Notes under the pieces: generated by a model
Databases searched by the model: none
The model's input: the letters and a program-made list of their open reading frames with translations, nothing else
Told to the model about the DNA's origin: nothing
Shown: positions 28,243-37,845 of the stretch, piece by piece
How the letters are laid out: every line of letters starts with the position of its first letter
Position numbering within the stretch: position 1 is the first letter of the stretch
Made by a program: the position numbers and the translations under genes
Source: a virus
Reading direction: 5' to 3' (one strand)
Virus record (IMG/VR): IMGVR_UViG_3300035670_000101
Coordinates: 1-64,000 of that record
DNA length: 64,000 nucleotides

Positions 28243-28623
28243 ATGGCTAGAAACCCTTATGACAATAGGCGTAGTACAGCAGTTGTCACAGTGAATAGTA
28301 GTTTCATTCTCCAAGAGTTTAAGAGGAATATCTCTAAAGGGTTTTATGGTGATAAGGAGCTTGAGCGTTTAACTCGTAAGTTGATTATGGAGTTATGGCG
28401 TAGAGACCCTGCATTACTGGAAGATATTACAACACTATCTCGTCAGAAGTATTCAGCTTATATGCAGAAGAATTATGGTGGTGTTAACTTCAAGAAAAAC
28501 CTTATTAAAGAGATTAATGAGAGAAAACTTAAACGCGCTCAAGAAGAAAATGAGAGACGTATTAAAGAGAATGAAGAAGAAGTTTTAAATTCAATTGATG
28601 AAATTTTAGGAGATATTGAATAA
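28243..28623 (+). CDS. Hypothetical protein
   Basis: 126-aa ORF with SD. Confidence 0.75.
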   Translation: MARNPYDNRRSTAVVTVNSSFILQEFKRNISKGFYGDKELERLTRKLIMELWRRDPALLEDITTLSRQKYSAYMQKNYGGVNFKKNLIKEINERKLKRAQEENERRIKENEEEVLNSIDEILGDIE

Positions 28624-28790
28624 TGTTGGTAGTGGGAGATATTGTTTATGATGAGCAAACAATCTGTGAAACATTTCACAGTTTAGATTTGAAACAACTT
28701 GAATATTTGTATGATGTTCTATCTATGATTATTGATAAACGTGTTATTGATGGAGATCACATTTCGCACCTAAATGTGGAGAATGAGTAA
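28623..28790 (+). CDS. Hypothetical protein (55 aa)
   Basis: SD AGGAG; TAATG overlaps at both ends. Confidence 0.6.
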   Translation: MLVVGDIVYDEQTICETFHSLDLKQLEYLYDVLSMIIDKRVIDGDHISHLNVENE

Positions 28791-29011
28791 TGAGTATTCA
28801 GTATTTTGAAAGCCTTGTTCATTGTGTTGGTAAGGAGATTGCTAAAGAATCTTGGGTTAATGAAATTCGTAAGAAGTATGAGTTACCAGATTTTCTACCA
28901 CCAATGCACATGTTACCACAGCGAAAAGAAATCCTTAAAAGAATGCACCAGATGTATCCAGATGACTTGCATATTGCTAAAGAATTAATTAAAGAGATGG
29001 AGAAAGTGTAA
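28790..29011 (+). CDS. Hypothetical protein
   Basis: Coupled ORF with SD. Confidence 0.7.
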   Translation: MSIQYFESLVHCVGKEIAKESWVNEIRKKYELPDFLPPMHMLPQRKEILKRMHQMYPDDLHIAKELIKEMEKV

Positions 29012-29196
29012 TGCGTGAAGGAAAATATAAAAACTACACTGAAGCAAGTAAGTTTATTTACGCAGAGATTCGTAAGTGTGAGAACCGAATCGCTGATGAG
29101 TTTGGATTACGTCACGGTGCTGTAGATTTTGATGATTGGGCGTATAAGATTGAATCAATGATTATTGATCAAATTGAATTTGAGGAAGATGAATAA
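29011..29196 (+). CDS. Hypothetical protein
   Basis: Coupled ORF with SD. Confidence 0.65.
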   Translation: MREGKYKNYTEASKFIYAEIRKCENRIADEFGLRHGAVDFDDWAYKIESMIIDQIEFEEDE

Positions 29197-29369
29197 TGAG
29201 CGATGTAAAGTTGTATACAGTGCATAGGAGTATCACAACAAGCTTTACTGTAGAGGTTGAGACAGATAACCCTGACTTTGTTCGAGAATTAGCTTATAAG
29301 AAAGTAGAACGTGATTACGGCTACTTTGATGAGTGGGATGTTGAAGAGATTACAGAGGGAGATGAATAA
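29196..29369 (+). CDS. Hypothetical protein (57 aa)
   Basis: TAATG overlaps at both ends. Confidence 0.6.
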   Translation: MSDVKLYTVHRSITTSFTVEVETDNPDFVRELAYKKVERDYGYFDEWDVEEITEGDE

Positions 29370-29764
29370 TGAGCACATCTTACCGAGCACAATTAATTGT
29401 TGGTACAAGTTATGATGACATTCAATGGTCTGATTTAACTGAATATGCACAACAATATATAATCTCTGAATTTATTAAACATAATTCACCTGTAGATGAA
29501 GATGAATTAGATGAAGAAAGTGTTGTGTATTTTGAAGATTCAGCGCGAGAGTGGTTTTACGAAAACATGCACGAATTTCTTGCAGAGGATTTTGGGTTGC
29601 AAATTACAGGCAATTACTTTCAAGGTTGGTTTAATAAAGTAGGTGTAAGTGTTTCTTTGCATGATCTCGAATCAATCTCAGATAATGTCGATAAAGCACG
29701 AGAGGAGTTTGATAAGTGGTTTAAGGTTCAACCAACAATCAGCAATGAAGTTACAGTTTATTAA
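29369..29764 (+). CDS. Hypothetical acidic protein
   Basis: 131 aa, D/E-rich. Confidence 0.75.
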   Translation: MSTSYRAQLIVGTSYDDIQWSDLTEYAQQYIISEFIKHNSPVDEDELDEESVVYFEDSAREWFYENMHEFLAEDFGLQITGNYFQGWFNKVGVSVSLHDLESISDNVDKAREEFDKWFKVQPTISNEVTVY

Positions 29765-29779
29765 ATAAGGAGAGAAATA

Positions 29780-30190
29780 GTGAGTTTTATTGAAATTACA
29801 ACAGAGCAGTTAGTTAACTCTGTTAAGCAAGAGTTTCAGCGTGGTGATGAAGTCTTTCATCGTAAAACAGCAGGACGACCTTCTGCTAAAGAAAAAGATA
29901 CACAAAGTATGGATGATATTCTGTTATCAAAAGAGAAACGTGAAGCTCTGGTATTTCAGATTAAACGTTTAGCTAAAGATATTGAGTTACAAAAGCAACG
30001 TGCTGAAGGGTTACGTGAAGATATTAAAGCTAGTGCTGAGAACTTAGGGTTATCTGTTGCTAAGTTTAAAAGTTTAATTTCTGATTACGACAGTGGTAAT
30101 TTAACAGACATTATTCAAGAGAAAACTTCTTATGTAGATGTCCTTGAGGTTGTTAAAGAATTGACAGATCAGGATATCAGTGTTCGCTGA
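29780..30190 (+). CDS. Putative dsDNA-binding protein (T4 DsbA/GapR-like)
   Basis: 'LVFQIKRL...E.LREDIKASAENLGLSVAKF' pattern. Confidence 0.5.
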   Translation: MSFIEITTEQLVNSVKQEFQRGDEVFHRKTAGRPSAKEKDTQSMDDILLSKEKREALVFQIKRLAKDIELQKQRAEGLREDIKASAENLGLSVAKFKSLISDYDSGNLTDIIQEKTSYVDVLEVVKELTDQDISVR

Positions 30191-30401
30191 GAGGGTAAAG
30201 AGTATGAAACGCAAGCATTTAAGCAATAAGAACCTACCATTACGGACAAGCATCATAATTCCGTTCCTTGTGTATATGTTCTTTGACTTTTACGCACTAC
30301 CTATGTGGGGTTTTGCAATCTACATGACCTTATGGGTGATTGCTTTTATTGTTGTTCTTATTGCAAACCTGTCAGCCGAACAAGTTGAGTTAAAAGATTA
30401 A
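30180..30401 (+). CDS. Small membrane protein (2 TM segments)
   Basis: Hydrophobic segments; start may be 30204. Confidence 0.65.
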   Translation: MFAERVKSMKRKHLSNKNLPLRTSIIIPFLVYMFFDFYALPMWGFAIYMTLWVIAFIVVLIANLSAEQVELKD

Positions 30402-30436
30402 CCTAAAGGTTTCTGAAAGTCTTGAATTTAATTCAA

Positions 30437-30472
30437 AAGCCCTAAGAGAAATCTTGGGGTTTATTTATTTTC
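30437..30472 (+). terminator. Rho-independent terminator
   Basis: AAGCCCTAAGA-GAAA-TCTTGGGGTTT. Confidence 0.7.
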
Positions 30473-30488
30473 ATAAAGGAGAAAGTTT

Positions 30489-31424
30489 TTGAAAAGTTTT
30501 GAAGACTACGATTTTGATAGTTTTGACTATAGTAAGAAATACCACTTACACATAGATTTTGATACACCTATTTTTGCAAATGCAGTAGCTTCTAGTAAAG
30601 ACGTTTGTGTTGTAACATTAAAGAAAAATGGTAAGAAAAAGGTGTTTGATAATTTTGACGAGTTTTATAAAACATTTGAGGATAAATACTCAAAGAAATA
30701 TCACCTATGGGATTTTGATATACCTTTAATCGCATTTTCTATCACTGGTGTTAATAATCAACTTAATGAAATGATTTCACACTCTTGGGTTGGTGACTAC
30801 ACATTGTACATTGGTGGTAAGAGTAACTTCAGAAAAGACTTGTACCCAGAGTATAAAGGGAATCGCCAGAAGTCGCCAGCTATGCGTAAAGTGTTAGTTG
30901 ACTATGTTCTACACAAATACAAAGATAAGGTTAAACAAGCAGAAAATGAAGAGGCAGAAGACTATTGTTTGTCTGAAGTGTTGAAAGATGTTAGTGGTAA
31001 TATTGTTGGATATTGTGATAAGGATTTAACAACACAATCAGCATTCTTCTTTAATTACAAGAATCAAGACAAGGGTGTTTTCTTTATTAATGAAGACCAA
31101 GCTTTCTTTAATCTATGTTGCCAGATTTTACATGGTGACAGGGCAACAGATAACATACGTGGTATTGACTTTGTTTCTGAGGAGGTTAAATCTAAGTACA
31201 GTATTAAGTCCAAATCTATTGGAGAAGCTACTACTGAGAAGATATTGAGTGATGTGCAGCATGATAAACAGTTAATGAAAGAACGTGTTGTTGACGTTTA
31301 TAAACTATCCTATGGTGATCAATGGAAAGAGAAGCTTCAATTTACCGGAAGTTTGGTGTTTATTAGTAAGCGACCTAAAGAGTATTTTGATGTAGATAAA
31401 TTTACTAAAGGATTGCAGTGTTGA
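30489..31424 (+). CDS. 5'-3' exonuclease/flap endonuclease (T7 gp6/T5 D15-like)
   Basis: 'IDFD', 'NFRKDLYPEYKGNR', 'EAED', 'DKDL', 'GDRATDNIRGI'. Confidence 0.88.
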   Translation: MKSFEDYDFDSFDYSKKYHLHIDFDTPIFANAVASSKDVCVVTLKKNGKKKVFDNFDEFYKTFEDKYSKKYHLWDFDIPLIAFSITGVNNQLNEMISHSWVGDYTLYIGGKSNFRKDLYPEYKGNRQKSPAMRKVLVDYVLHKYKDKVKQAENEEAEDYCLSEVLKDVSGNIVGYCDKDLTTQSAFFFNYKNQDKGVFFINEDQAFFNLCCQILHGDRATDNIRGIDFVSEEVKSKYSIKSKSIGEATTEKILSDVQHDKQLMKERVVDVYKLSYGDQWKEKLQFTGSLVFISKRPKEYFDVDKFTKGLQC

Positions 31425-31996
31425 GTATTGATGATAAAGTAAAGAAAATTCTTGAAGAAAATTCTGAGATATGGAAAACTGAGAGCGCATACTTCTCATA
31501 CATTCGAGGTTGTATTCGGTTAGCTTGGTCTAAAAACCCTGTGAAACTTAAACTGTTGAAGAAGGTTAAAAAGCAAATTCCAAACCCTAACTACGGTAAA
31601 CCAAGAAACACCAAACTGACAGTTATGGGTGCTGAGTGTGAGATTTGCAATAAAGACTTTCCAATGAAAGAGATTGAGGTTGATCACAAAAATGGTGGGA
31701 CATATTCTCTAAAGCAGGTTGCTGATATACAAGGTTTCTTTGAGAGTATTTGCATTGTTTCAGAAGATGACTTGCGTGTTGTGTGTAAATCTTGTCATGG
31801 TGCATTAACTTACGCTGCAAGAAATAATATCTCTTTTGAAGAAGCTGAGTTGAAAAAGAAAGTTATTAATATCTGTAAAGATAAACAACTTTTAATTGAC
31901 ACTCTAGTTGCTATTGGTGTAGACTCAATACCTAAGACCAAGAAAGGTCAGGAAGAGTTATTGTATAAATTATTGTTGGAGAGTAAGGGTGAGTGA
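31418..31996 (+). CDS. HNH-fold endonuclease (core replication-module type)
   Basis: 'CEIC...IEVDH...LRVVCKSCH'. Confidence 0.8.
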   Translation: MLSIDDKVKKILEENSEIWKTESAYFSYIRGCIRLAWSKNPVKLKLLKKVKKQIPNPNYGKPRNTKLTVMGAECEICNKDFPMKEIEVDHKNGGTYSLKQVADIQGFFESICIVSEDDLRVVCKSCHGALTYAARNNISFEEAELKKKVINICKDKQLLIDTLVAIGVDSIPKTKKGQEELLYKLLLESKGE

Positions 31997-32168
31997 AGAT
32001 AAGAGTTTTTCTGTTAGTATTTACTATAGTGGTTCTTATTACATTGATGTTCAGGCTGAGAACAAGGTTGAAGCTAAGAACATTGCGATTGAATTATTAA
32101 GAGACGAAGCTGACATTGGTTTCTCAGTTGAATCTGTAGATGTTTTTGAAATTGGAGAGTCAGAATGA
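31989..32168 (+). CDS. Hypothetical protein (59 aa)
   Basis: SD GGAG with GTG start; coupled. Confidence 0.55.
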   Translation: MSEDKSFSVSIYYSGSYYIDVQAENKVEAKNIAIELLRDEADIGFSVESVDVFEIGESE

Positions 32169-32332
32169 GTGAAGAAAAAACGATAAAGTTCAAAAGTGGA
32201 GCTTGTATTGAGTTTTTCGGGGAAGATAATGGTTGTTCTTTTGTTGGGTTTAATTCTTCTACCGAACATCTTGGTGATATTGATGCCGAGGATGATAAGT
32301 GTTGTGATGAAATAGATAAGTATGGAGAGTGA
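32165..32332 (+). CDS. Hypothetical protein (55 aa)
   Basis: SD GGAG; ATGA overlap. Confidence 0.5.
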   Translation: MSEEKTIKFKSGACIEFFGEDNGCSFVGFNSSTEHLGDIDAEDDKCCDEIDKYGE

Positions 32333-33278
32333 TTTGGAAAAATCGTGGCATAAGCAAGCGTTAGAGCTAAGATCGCAGGGTTTTAGCTCTCGTTATATTG
32401 CAGAGAAATTATTAGGTCGTAAGAGTGCTAAATCATCGGTAAATGACATGTTCAAACGATATGACGCTTTGAATGAAGTTGTTGATGTTAGTAAAACAAA
32501 GATTTTATATTTCGACTTAGAGAGTAGCTTGGCAGAAGCTTTAACATTCCAGTTTTGGCAAACTAACATCCCTTACAGTCGAATCACCAAACAGACCCAC
32601 TTGTTATCAGCTCAATGGGCTTTCAACAACGAGGAAGTTCAAGGTATTCGAGTAACACCAGAACAGGTTAAAACTGGTGATGACCTAGATATTGTTGTTA
32701 AAGTTATTGAAGCAATCAATCAAGCTGATGTTGTTGTAACGTTTAACGGTAAGAAGTTTGATATTAAGTTGCTAAACACTCGTGCAATCTTCTGGGGTTT
32801 GCCACCTATCAAACCTGTTAAACACATTGACTTGTTTGAACAAGCTAAACGAAACTTCAAGTTTCCAAGCAACTCTATGCAAAACATTAGTATGTACTTA
32901 GGTTTGGATGGTAAGATCGCTACAGGTGGTACTCATCTCTGGGAGCGTTGTGCTAACTGGAAAGACTACCAGCAATGTAACAATGCACTTGAGGAGATGT
33001 TAATTTACGGAAAACAGGATATTGAAGCTACTCGTGATCTCCATAAGCGTTTTCAAGGTTGGATGAAGAATACACCTAACTTGGGTACAATTGCTAACGA
33101 TGTAGAAAATACTAAGTCACTACGTTGTGTACATTGTGCTAGTGAAAACATCTTTAAGATGGATAAAAATTCTTACACATCTGTAAGCAGTTTTGATCTT
33201 TATCGTTGTGGTGAAGAAGATTGTCGTGGTGTTAGTCGCATTACAAAGAATGGTAAGAATTTAGTTGGAGTTGTTTAA
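32322..33278 (+). CDS. DnaQ/RNase H-like (RNase_H_2) exonuclease with N-terminal HTH and C-terminal zinc ribbon
   Basis: 'YFDLES', 'TFNGKKFD', 'HIDL', 'YGKQDI'; CVHC...C..C. Confidence 0.85.
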   Translation: MESDLEKSWHKQALELRSQGFSSRYIAEKLLGRKSAKSSVNDMFKRYDALNEVVDVSKTKILYFDLESSLAEALTFQFWQTNIPYSRITKQTHLLSAQWAFNNEEVQGIRVTPEQVKTGDDLDIVVKVIEAINQADVVVTFNGKKFDIKLLNTRAIFWGLPPIKPVKHIDLFEQAKRNFKFPSNSMQNISMYLGLDGKIATGGTHLWERCANWKDYQQCNNALEEMLIYGKQDIEATRDLHKRFQGWMKNTPNLGTIANDVENTKSLRCVHCASENIFKMDKNSYTSVSSFDLYRCGEEDCRGVSRITKNGKNLVGVV

Positions 33279-33949
33279 TGGAGAATATTTTGAATACAGA
33301 ACAAATCGTTATCAATAATACATTTCGTGACTACTATTACGAAGTTTTAACACCTAAAGTTGTATTGTTTAACACCTTAGTTGGTGGTGACTTTAAAACC
33401 TTAAATGAAGAAGATAAAGCTTCACGTATTGATTTACAGATTGATATTGTATCTGAAGAGCTTATTAAAGAGTATGCTGTATTCTTTGCTAAAGATCAGA
33501 TTGAAGAGTTGGATGCTATTGCAGATGTGTTGTTTACAGTGTCTTATTTACAATATCAACTTAAGGTGTGTGATGAACAATTCTTAACTGAATTAGACAT
33601 TAACCATGATCGTTTACAATTCTTAATGTCACAAATTGGATTGTTCTTTGATAGTATGTATACACACTTCGACTTAGATATTATTATTAAGGCTACAGAC
33701 TTGGTTGTAGAGAATAATATGTTAAAGTTTACAACTGATAAAGAAGCTTTTGCTAAGTGGAAATCTCCAGCTAAAGAAAATCTAACCCCAAGTGAGCAGA
33801 CGGTTGACGGTGTAACTTACTACTGTTTAGTTAATGAGAATGGGAAGGTGAGAAAAAAACGAGGATTTAAAATTATGGATTTAACACCACTAGTTGAAGA
33901 TCAGAATATCCGTGATAATAGTTACGATGACAAGGCGGCTGTAAAATAA
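33278..33949 (+). CDS. MazG-like/PRA-PH NTP pyrophosphohydrolase
   Basis: 'EELIKE...EELDAIADV...VENNMLKF...NGKVRK'. Confidence 0.75.
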   Translation: MENILNTEQIVINNTFRDYYYEVLTPKVVLFNTLVGGDFKTLNEEDKASRIDLQIDIVSEELIKEYAVFFAKDQIEELDAIADVLFTVSYLQYQLKVCDEQFLTELDINHDRLQFLMSQIGLFFDSMYTHFDLDIIIKATDLVVENNMLKFTTDKEAFAKWKSPAKENLTPSEQTVDGVTYYCLVNENGKVRKKRGFKIMDLTPLVEDQNIRDNSYDDKAAVK

Positions 33950-33950
33950 A

Positions 33951-34760
33951 ATGAGTGTTAAGTACGGTGCAGTTTACGCTGCTTTTGATAAAGAAAATAG
34001 AACTTTTTTGAACACGATGACAGGTTTCACGGATTGTAATTATTACGATCGTTGGAGAAATATGATGACTAGGGTTTATGGAAATTATGAAAAAACTAGA
34101 AGTACTTACGAAAATGTTGAGTGTTCTCCTAGTTTTTTGAACTTCTTTAATTTCAAATCTTGGATTGATAAAGAACCTTTTTCAAATTATACGGTTTCTG
34201 GAAACCCTTATCAATTGGACAAAGATTTACTTGGTTTCGGAAGGATGTATTCGGAAGAAACCTGTGCGTTCCTCCCTGCATGGTTGAATTCGACAATGCC
34301 ACGTGCTAATCAGAAATCGGATAAAGAAACCATGTATGTTAGTGTTAAAAGGGAGTCAGAACTAAAGACAACGTACACTTGTTTCCTAAAGACTGAGAGT
34401 GGTGGTAGTAAGTTTATTGGAGGTTTTACCGATCCAATTGTAGCAAACAAGTTTGCGATTTTCGTCAAAGCTAAGATTATGCAATACATTGGAGAAAACA
34501 TCGAAGGGTTGGTAAAACCAGAAGTTATTTATATGCTCTTAAACTTTGATTCTTGGCTACTGGAATCTGGGTTTAATTACGACCAAAACTTCAAACATCA
34601 CAGACTCGATGAGGTGTTGTTGTGGTACAAGAAACACTATGATATTGTAATGGAAGATGCGAAAAGGTCTACAAAAATTGTTGAACATATCGACAGTTGT
34701 GAATTTTGTAAATCTAGTGATGCTAAAATGCAACGTATAAGTGAAATTTCAGGGGGTTAA
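33951..34760 (+). CDS. HNH-like endonuclease ('DKD..YS.ETC' family)
   Basis: 'W.NMMTRVY...FFNFKSW...QLDKDLL...YSEETCAFLP..LN'. Confidence 0.7.
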   Translation: MSVKYGAVYAAFDKENRTFLNTMTGFTDCNYYDRWRNMMTRVYGNYEKTRSTYENVECSPSFLNFFNFKSWIDKEPFSNYTVSGNPYQLDKDLLGFGRMYSEETCAFLPAWLNSTMPRANQKSDKETMYVSVKRESELKTTYTCFLKTESGGSKFIGGFTDPIVANKFAIFVKAKIMQYIGENIEGLVKPEVIYMLLNFDSWLLESGFNYDQNFKHHRLDEVLLWYKKHYDIVMEDAKRSTKIVEHIDSCEFCKSSDAKMQRISEISGG

Positions 34761-34768
34761 GGAAGATA

Positions 34769-35185
34769 ATGAGTAATAGTAAATACAAAGTGTCAGAAAA
34801 CAAGTATTCAGGGAACACTAAATGTATTAGTGGTTTTCGTAAATACTTCGATGCTGTAGCAAGTTTACATGATGTGATGATGATTGCTAATGAGTTAGAG
34901 TCTAATGATGCACTACCACACCCTAAAGATAGTGTTGAATTATTAGAGTACATCCTACACACATACTTCGGTTTTGATAAAGAAGTAGTGATGTTTGAGA
35001 ACTACGATGATGAAGGGAATAAAATCTTCCATTGGTACTCAGCACATCACTGTACGCATCGTTCTAAGCTCACTGGTGAGGTTGTACGCATGGATAGGTA
35101 TATTGGTGCGGAGCGTATTGATAAGGTCTGGTATGACACGGGAATGATGTCTACAGAGACATGGGGATTATACCGTGGGGTATAG
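34769..35185 (+). CDS. Hypothetical protein
   Basis: 138-aa ORF with SD. Confidence 0.75.
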   Translation: MSNSKYKVSENKYSGNTKCISGFRKYFDAVASLHDVMMIANELESNDALPHPKDSVELLEYILHTYFGFDKEVVMFENYDDEGNKIFHWYSAHHCTHRSKLTGEVVRMDRYIGAERIDKVWYDTGMMSTETWGLYRGV

Positions 35186-35246
35186 CAACATTCCTCACCT
35201 TGTTCGTCATTTATGTTATTAAGGGGGTATAACACCTCCTACTATT

Positions 35247-35280
35247 AAGGGTGTGTAACAGCACCCTTTTTCTCTTTTAT
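35247..35280 (+). terminator. Rho-independent terminator
   Basis: AAGGGTG...CACCCTT followed by a T-run. Confidence 0.65.
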
Positions 35281-35324
35281 AACAAATAAAGGGTTTTATT
35301 CATTAAAACCTATAAAGGGTAAAT

Positions 35325-35606
35325 ATGATTTATATTATTGGTGTGTTGTGGTTGTTATATAGTGGGTTCTGGTTTTACATTTTGAACGATGCTGTAAAGA
35401 ATGAATCGGAAGCTTTAATTGACGCTTGTGGTCAAGAGGCGTTTAATAAATATTTAAAAAATTACTTGATTCATAATGCTATTGTAGCTATCATTGCTCC
35501 TGTAGTTCACTTGTGGCAGTTATTCTTCTGGATTATGAAGAAGATTGTATTTGGAGCTATTGATTTGATTGGTAATGTTGTTAAAGTTGAAAAAGGGAAG
35601 AAGTGA
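35325..35606 (+). CDS. Membrane protein
   Basis: Two hydrophobic segments. Confidence 0.65.
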   Translation: MIYIIGVLWLLYSGFWFYILNDAVKNESEALIDACGQEAFNKYLKNYLIHNAIVAIIAPVVHLWQLFFWIMKKIVFGAIDLIGNVVKVEKGKK

Positions 35607-35607
35607 G

Positions 35608-37800
35608 TTGATTAAAGACGTAATTAAATCTGATGGTAGTATCGAAATTTTTGATTTAGATAAGTTGTCAAAGTGGGCTAAATATGCTGCTAAAGTTGGC
35701 GGTGATTGGTCTACATTAGCAATTGAAACTTTTACAAAATTACCAGAGTTGTGTCACAGTAAAGATATTCATCAAGCAATGATTGATGTTTGCTATAGTA
35801 AGCAAGACTTAACATACAGTCGAGTTGCTTCTCGTTTAGAAACAGCACAACTACGAAAGAACATTGAGCGAAGTTTTGACTTAAAGATTAACAAATGTTC
35901 TTTTAAAGATATTCGAGATAAGTTGGTTGATTCGGGTGTTTGGTGTAATGAAACTATCCCTGAATACTCACTAAAACAAGAAGAGTTGTTTGAAGAACTG
36001 CGTCAGGTAGATTTGGAATCTTGGCAAGTTAGTCAGTGGGTAGATAAATACCTATTGAAGATGAATGGTGTGACTGTAGAGATTCCTTCTGTTGCAGCCA
36101 TTGGTATCGGTTTAGGGTTACATGGTGATACTCAAGATGCTTACGATTTAGCAAGGGATATTATCTACTCACGAACAAACCTACCAACACCTGTTTTGAA
36201 TGGTATTCGTAACGGTGACTTTAATGGTGTTTCTTGTTGTGTTATCAGTGCTGGAGATAGTGTTGAAAGTATTGAGGTTGCACAACATTTAGCTGTACGA
36301 ATGACTGCTAAGAAGGCTGGTATTGGTGTTGAGTTTACTACTCGATCTAAAGGTTCTGGTGTTAAAGGTGGTCGAATTGAGCATCTTGGGAAACATCCAA
36401 TCTATAAGCATACCGATTCTGGTGTCAAGCAGTTTACGCAAGAGACGAGAGGCGGTAGTGCTACAGTGGGGTTTACCTGTATTGACCCCGAAGTCTACAA
36501 TATTGCTTTGTTTAAATCACAACGTATTGATATTGAGCAGCGATTAGATCGGTTAGATTACAGTTTTATCTTTAACGATGCTTTCTTAGATGCTGTTGTT
36601 AATCGTAAAGATTGGTACTTGTTTGACTACAACGATGCTAAGGTTGTTCACGCTGCTTTCTATACCCACTCTGTTAGTGAGTATAACTTCTTAGTTGAAG
36701 CTGTGGTTAAAAGTGGCGTTAAACATAAGAAAGTTCAAGCGTTAGATTTGATCAAACATGTTCTTATGATCAGACAAGAAACAGGACGCATGTATTTCTT
36801 TAATGTAAGTCGTGCTAATACACACACACCTTTCAATGGAATCATTAGACTTTCCAATTTGTGCCAAGAAATCTGTTTAGAAACAACACCTTACGAGAGT
36901 ATGGATGATTTGTATTTAGACAATGGAAACGGTGAAACGGCTTTCTGTTCATTAGGAGCTTTAGTTCCTGTGAATATTAAAGATGATGCAGAGTACAAAC
37001 GAGTAGCTTACACACTAGTTAAGACGATTAACAAGTTGATTGTTAAATGTCCTAAGATGACTAAGAATCATGAACGTACTATGTTAGAACGTATGTCATT
37101 GGGTATTGGTATTACAGGTTTGGCTGAATACTTATACAAACAAGGTTATGATTATGAGGGTAGTGAATCTAGTTTGGAGTTTGTGTCTGACCTTGCAGAA
37201 AAGCATTGCTTCTATTTATATCAAGCAAGTCAAAAACTTTCAGAAGAAACAGGGGTTGAAGTTAAGGGTGTTGATTTAAACTGGTTGCCTGTTGATACTA
37301 AAATAGGTAAATTTACACCTAAGATGGATTGGGAGAGTATTCGTGGTAAACCTCGCGTTAACTCTGTACTCGTTGCTCACATGCCAACAGAGAGTAGCGC
37401 ACTAGCTTCTGGTGTGACTAATGGGTTGTATCCACCTAGAAAGGTTATTATCAACAAGAAGTCTCGCAAGGGCGTTGTGCAGTTTATCTGTAAAGGCTTT
37501 AAAGAGGGTGTTAATCTTTTAGCTTGGGAAGTTGACAATATTGTGTTAAGTCGTTATTATTCGGCTGTACAAGATTGGTCAGATCAAGGTATTAGTGCTG
37601 ATACATACTTCGATCCGCGTAAGTTTGAAAATGGCAAGAAACCATTGTCTGTTTTATTGAAAGAATGGGTTGCACACTTCAAGCTTGGTAATAAGAGTAT
37701 GTATTATGTGAATACCTACGATGATGATGAGGTTAGTATCTTTGACTTGATTGAATCTGTAGAGATTGAAGAAGCTGATTGTGACGCTTGTACTTTATAA
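35608..37800 (+). CDS. nrdA: Ribonucleoside-diphosphate reductase alpha subunit (class Ia)
   Basis: ATP-cone-like start 'VIKSDG'; 'PTP', 'SCC', 'SNLCQEI', 'MPTESS', C-terminal CxxC; TTG start at 35608. Confidence 0.95.
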   Translation: MIKDVIKSDGSIEIFDLDKLSKWAKYAAKVGGDWSTLAIETFTKLPELCHSKDIHQAMIDVCYSKQDLTYSRVASRLETAQLRKNIERSFDLKINKCSFKDIRDKLVDSGVWCNETIPEYSLKQEELFEELRQVDLESWQVSQWVDKYLLKMNGVTVEIPSVAAIGIGLGLHGDTQDAYDLARDIIYSRTNLPTPVLNGIRNGDFNGVSCCVISAGDSVESIEVAQHLAVRMTAKKAGIGVEFTTRSKGSGVKGGRIEHLGKHPIYKHTDSGVKQFTQETRGGSATVGFTCIDPEVYNIALFKSQRIDIEQRLDRLDYSFIFNDAFLDAVVNRKDWYLFDYNDAKVVHAAFYTHSVSEYNFLVEAVVKSGVKHKKVQALDLIKHVLMIRQETGRMYFFNVSRANTHTPFNGIIRLSNLCQEICLETTPYESMDDLYLDNGNGETAFCSLGALVPVNIKDDAEYKRVAYTLVKTINKLIVKCPKMTKNHERTMLERMSLGIGITGLAEYLYKQGYDYEGSESSLEFVSDLAEKHCFYLYQASQKLSEETGVEVKGVDLNWLPVDTKIGKFTPKMDWESIRGKPRVNSVLVAHMPTESSALASGVTNGLYPPRKVIINKKSRKGVVQFICKGFKEGVNLLAWEVDNIVLSRYYSAVQDWSDQGISADTYFDPRKFENGKKPLSVLLKEWVAHFKLGNKSMYYVNTYDDDEVSIFDLIESVEIEEADCDACTL

Positions 37801-37809
37801 ACAAACACC

Positions 37810-37832
37810 GCACCTCGAAAGGGGTGCTTTTA
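37810..37832 (+). terminator. Hairpin/terminator between nrdA and nrdB
   Basis: GCACCTC-GAAA-GGGGTGC then TTTT. Confidence 0.6.
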
Positions 37833-37845
37833 AATAGGAAAGTAA

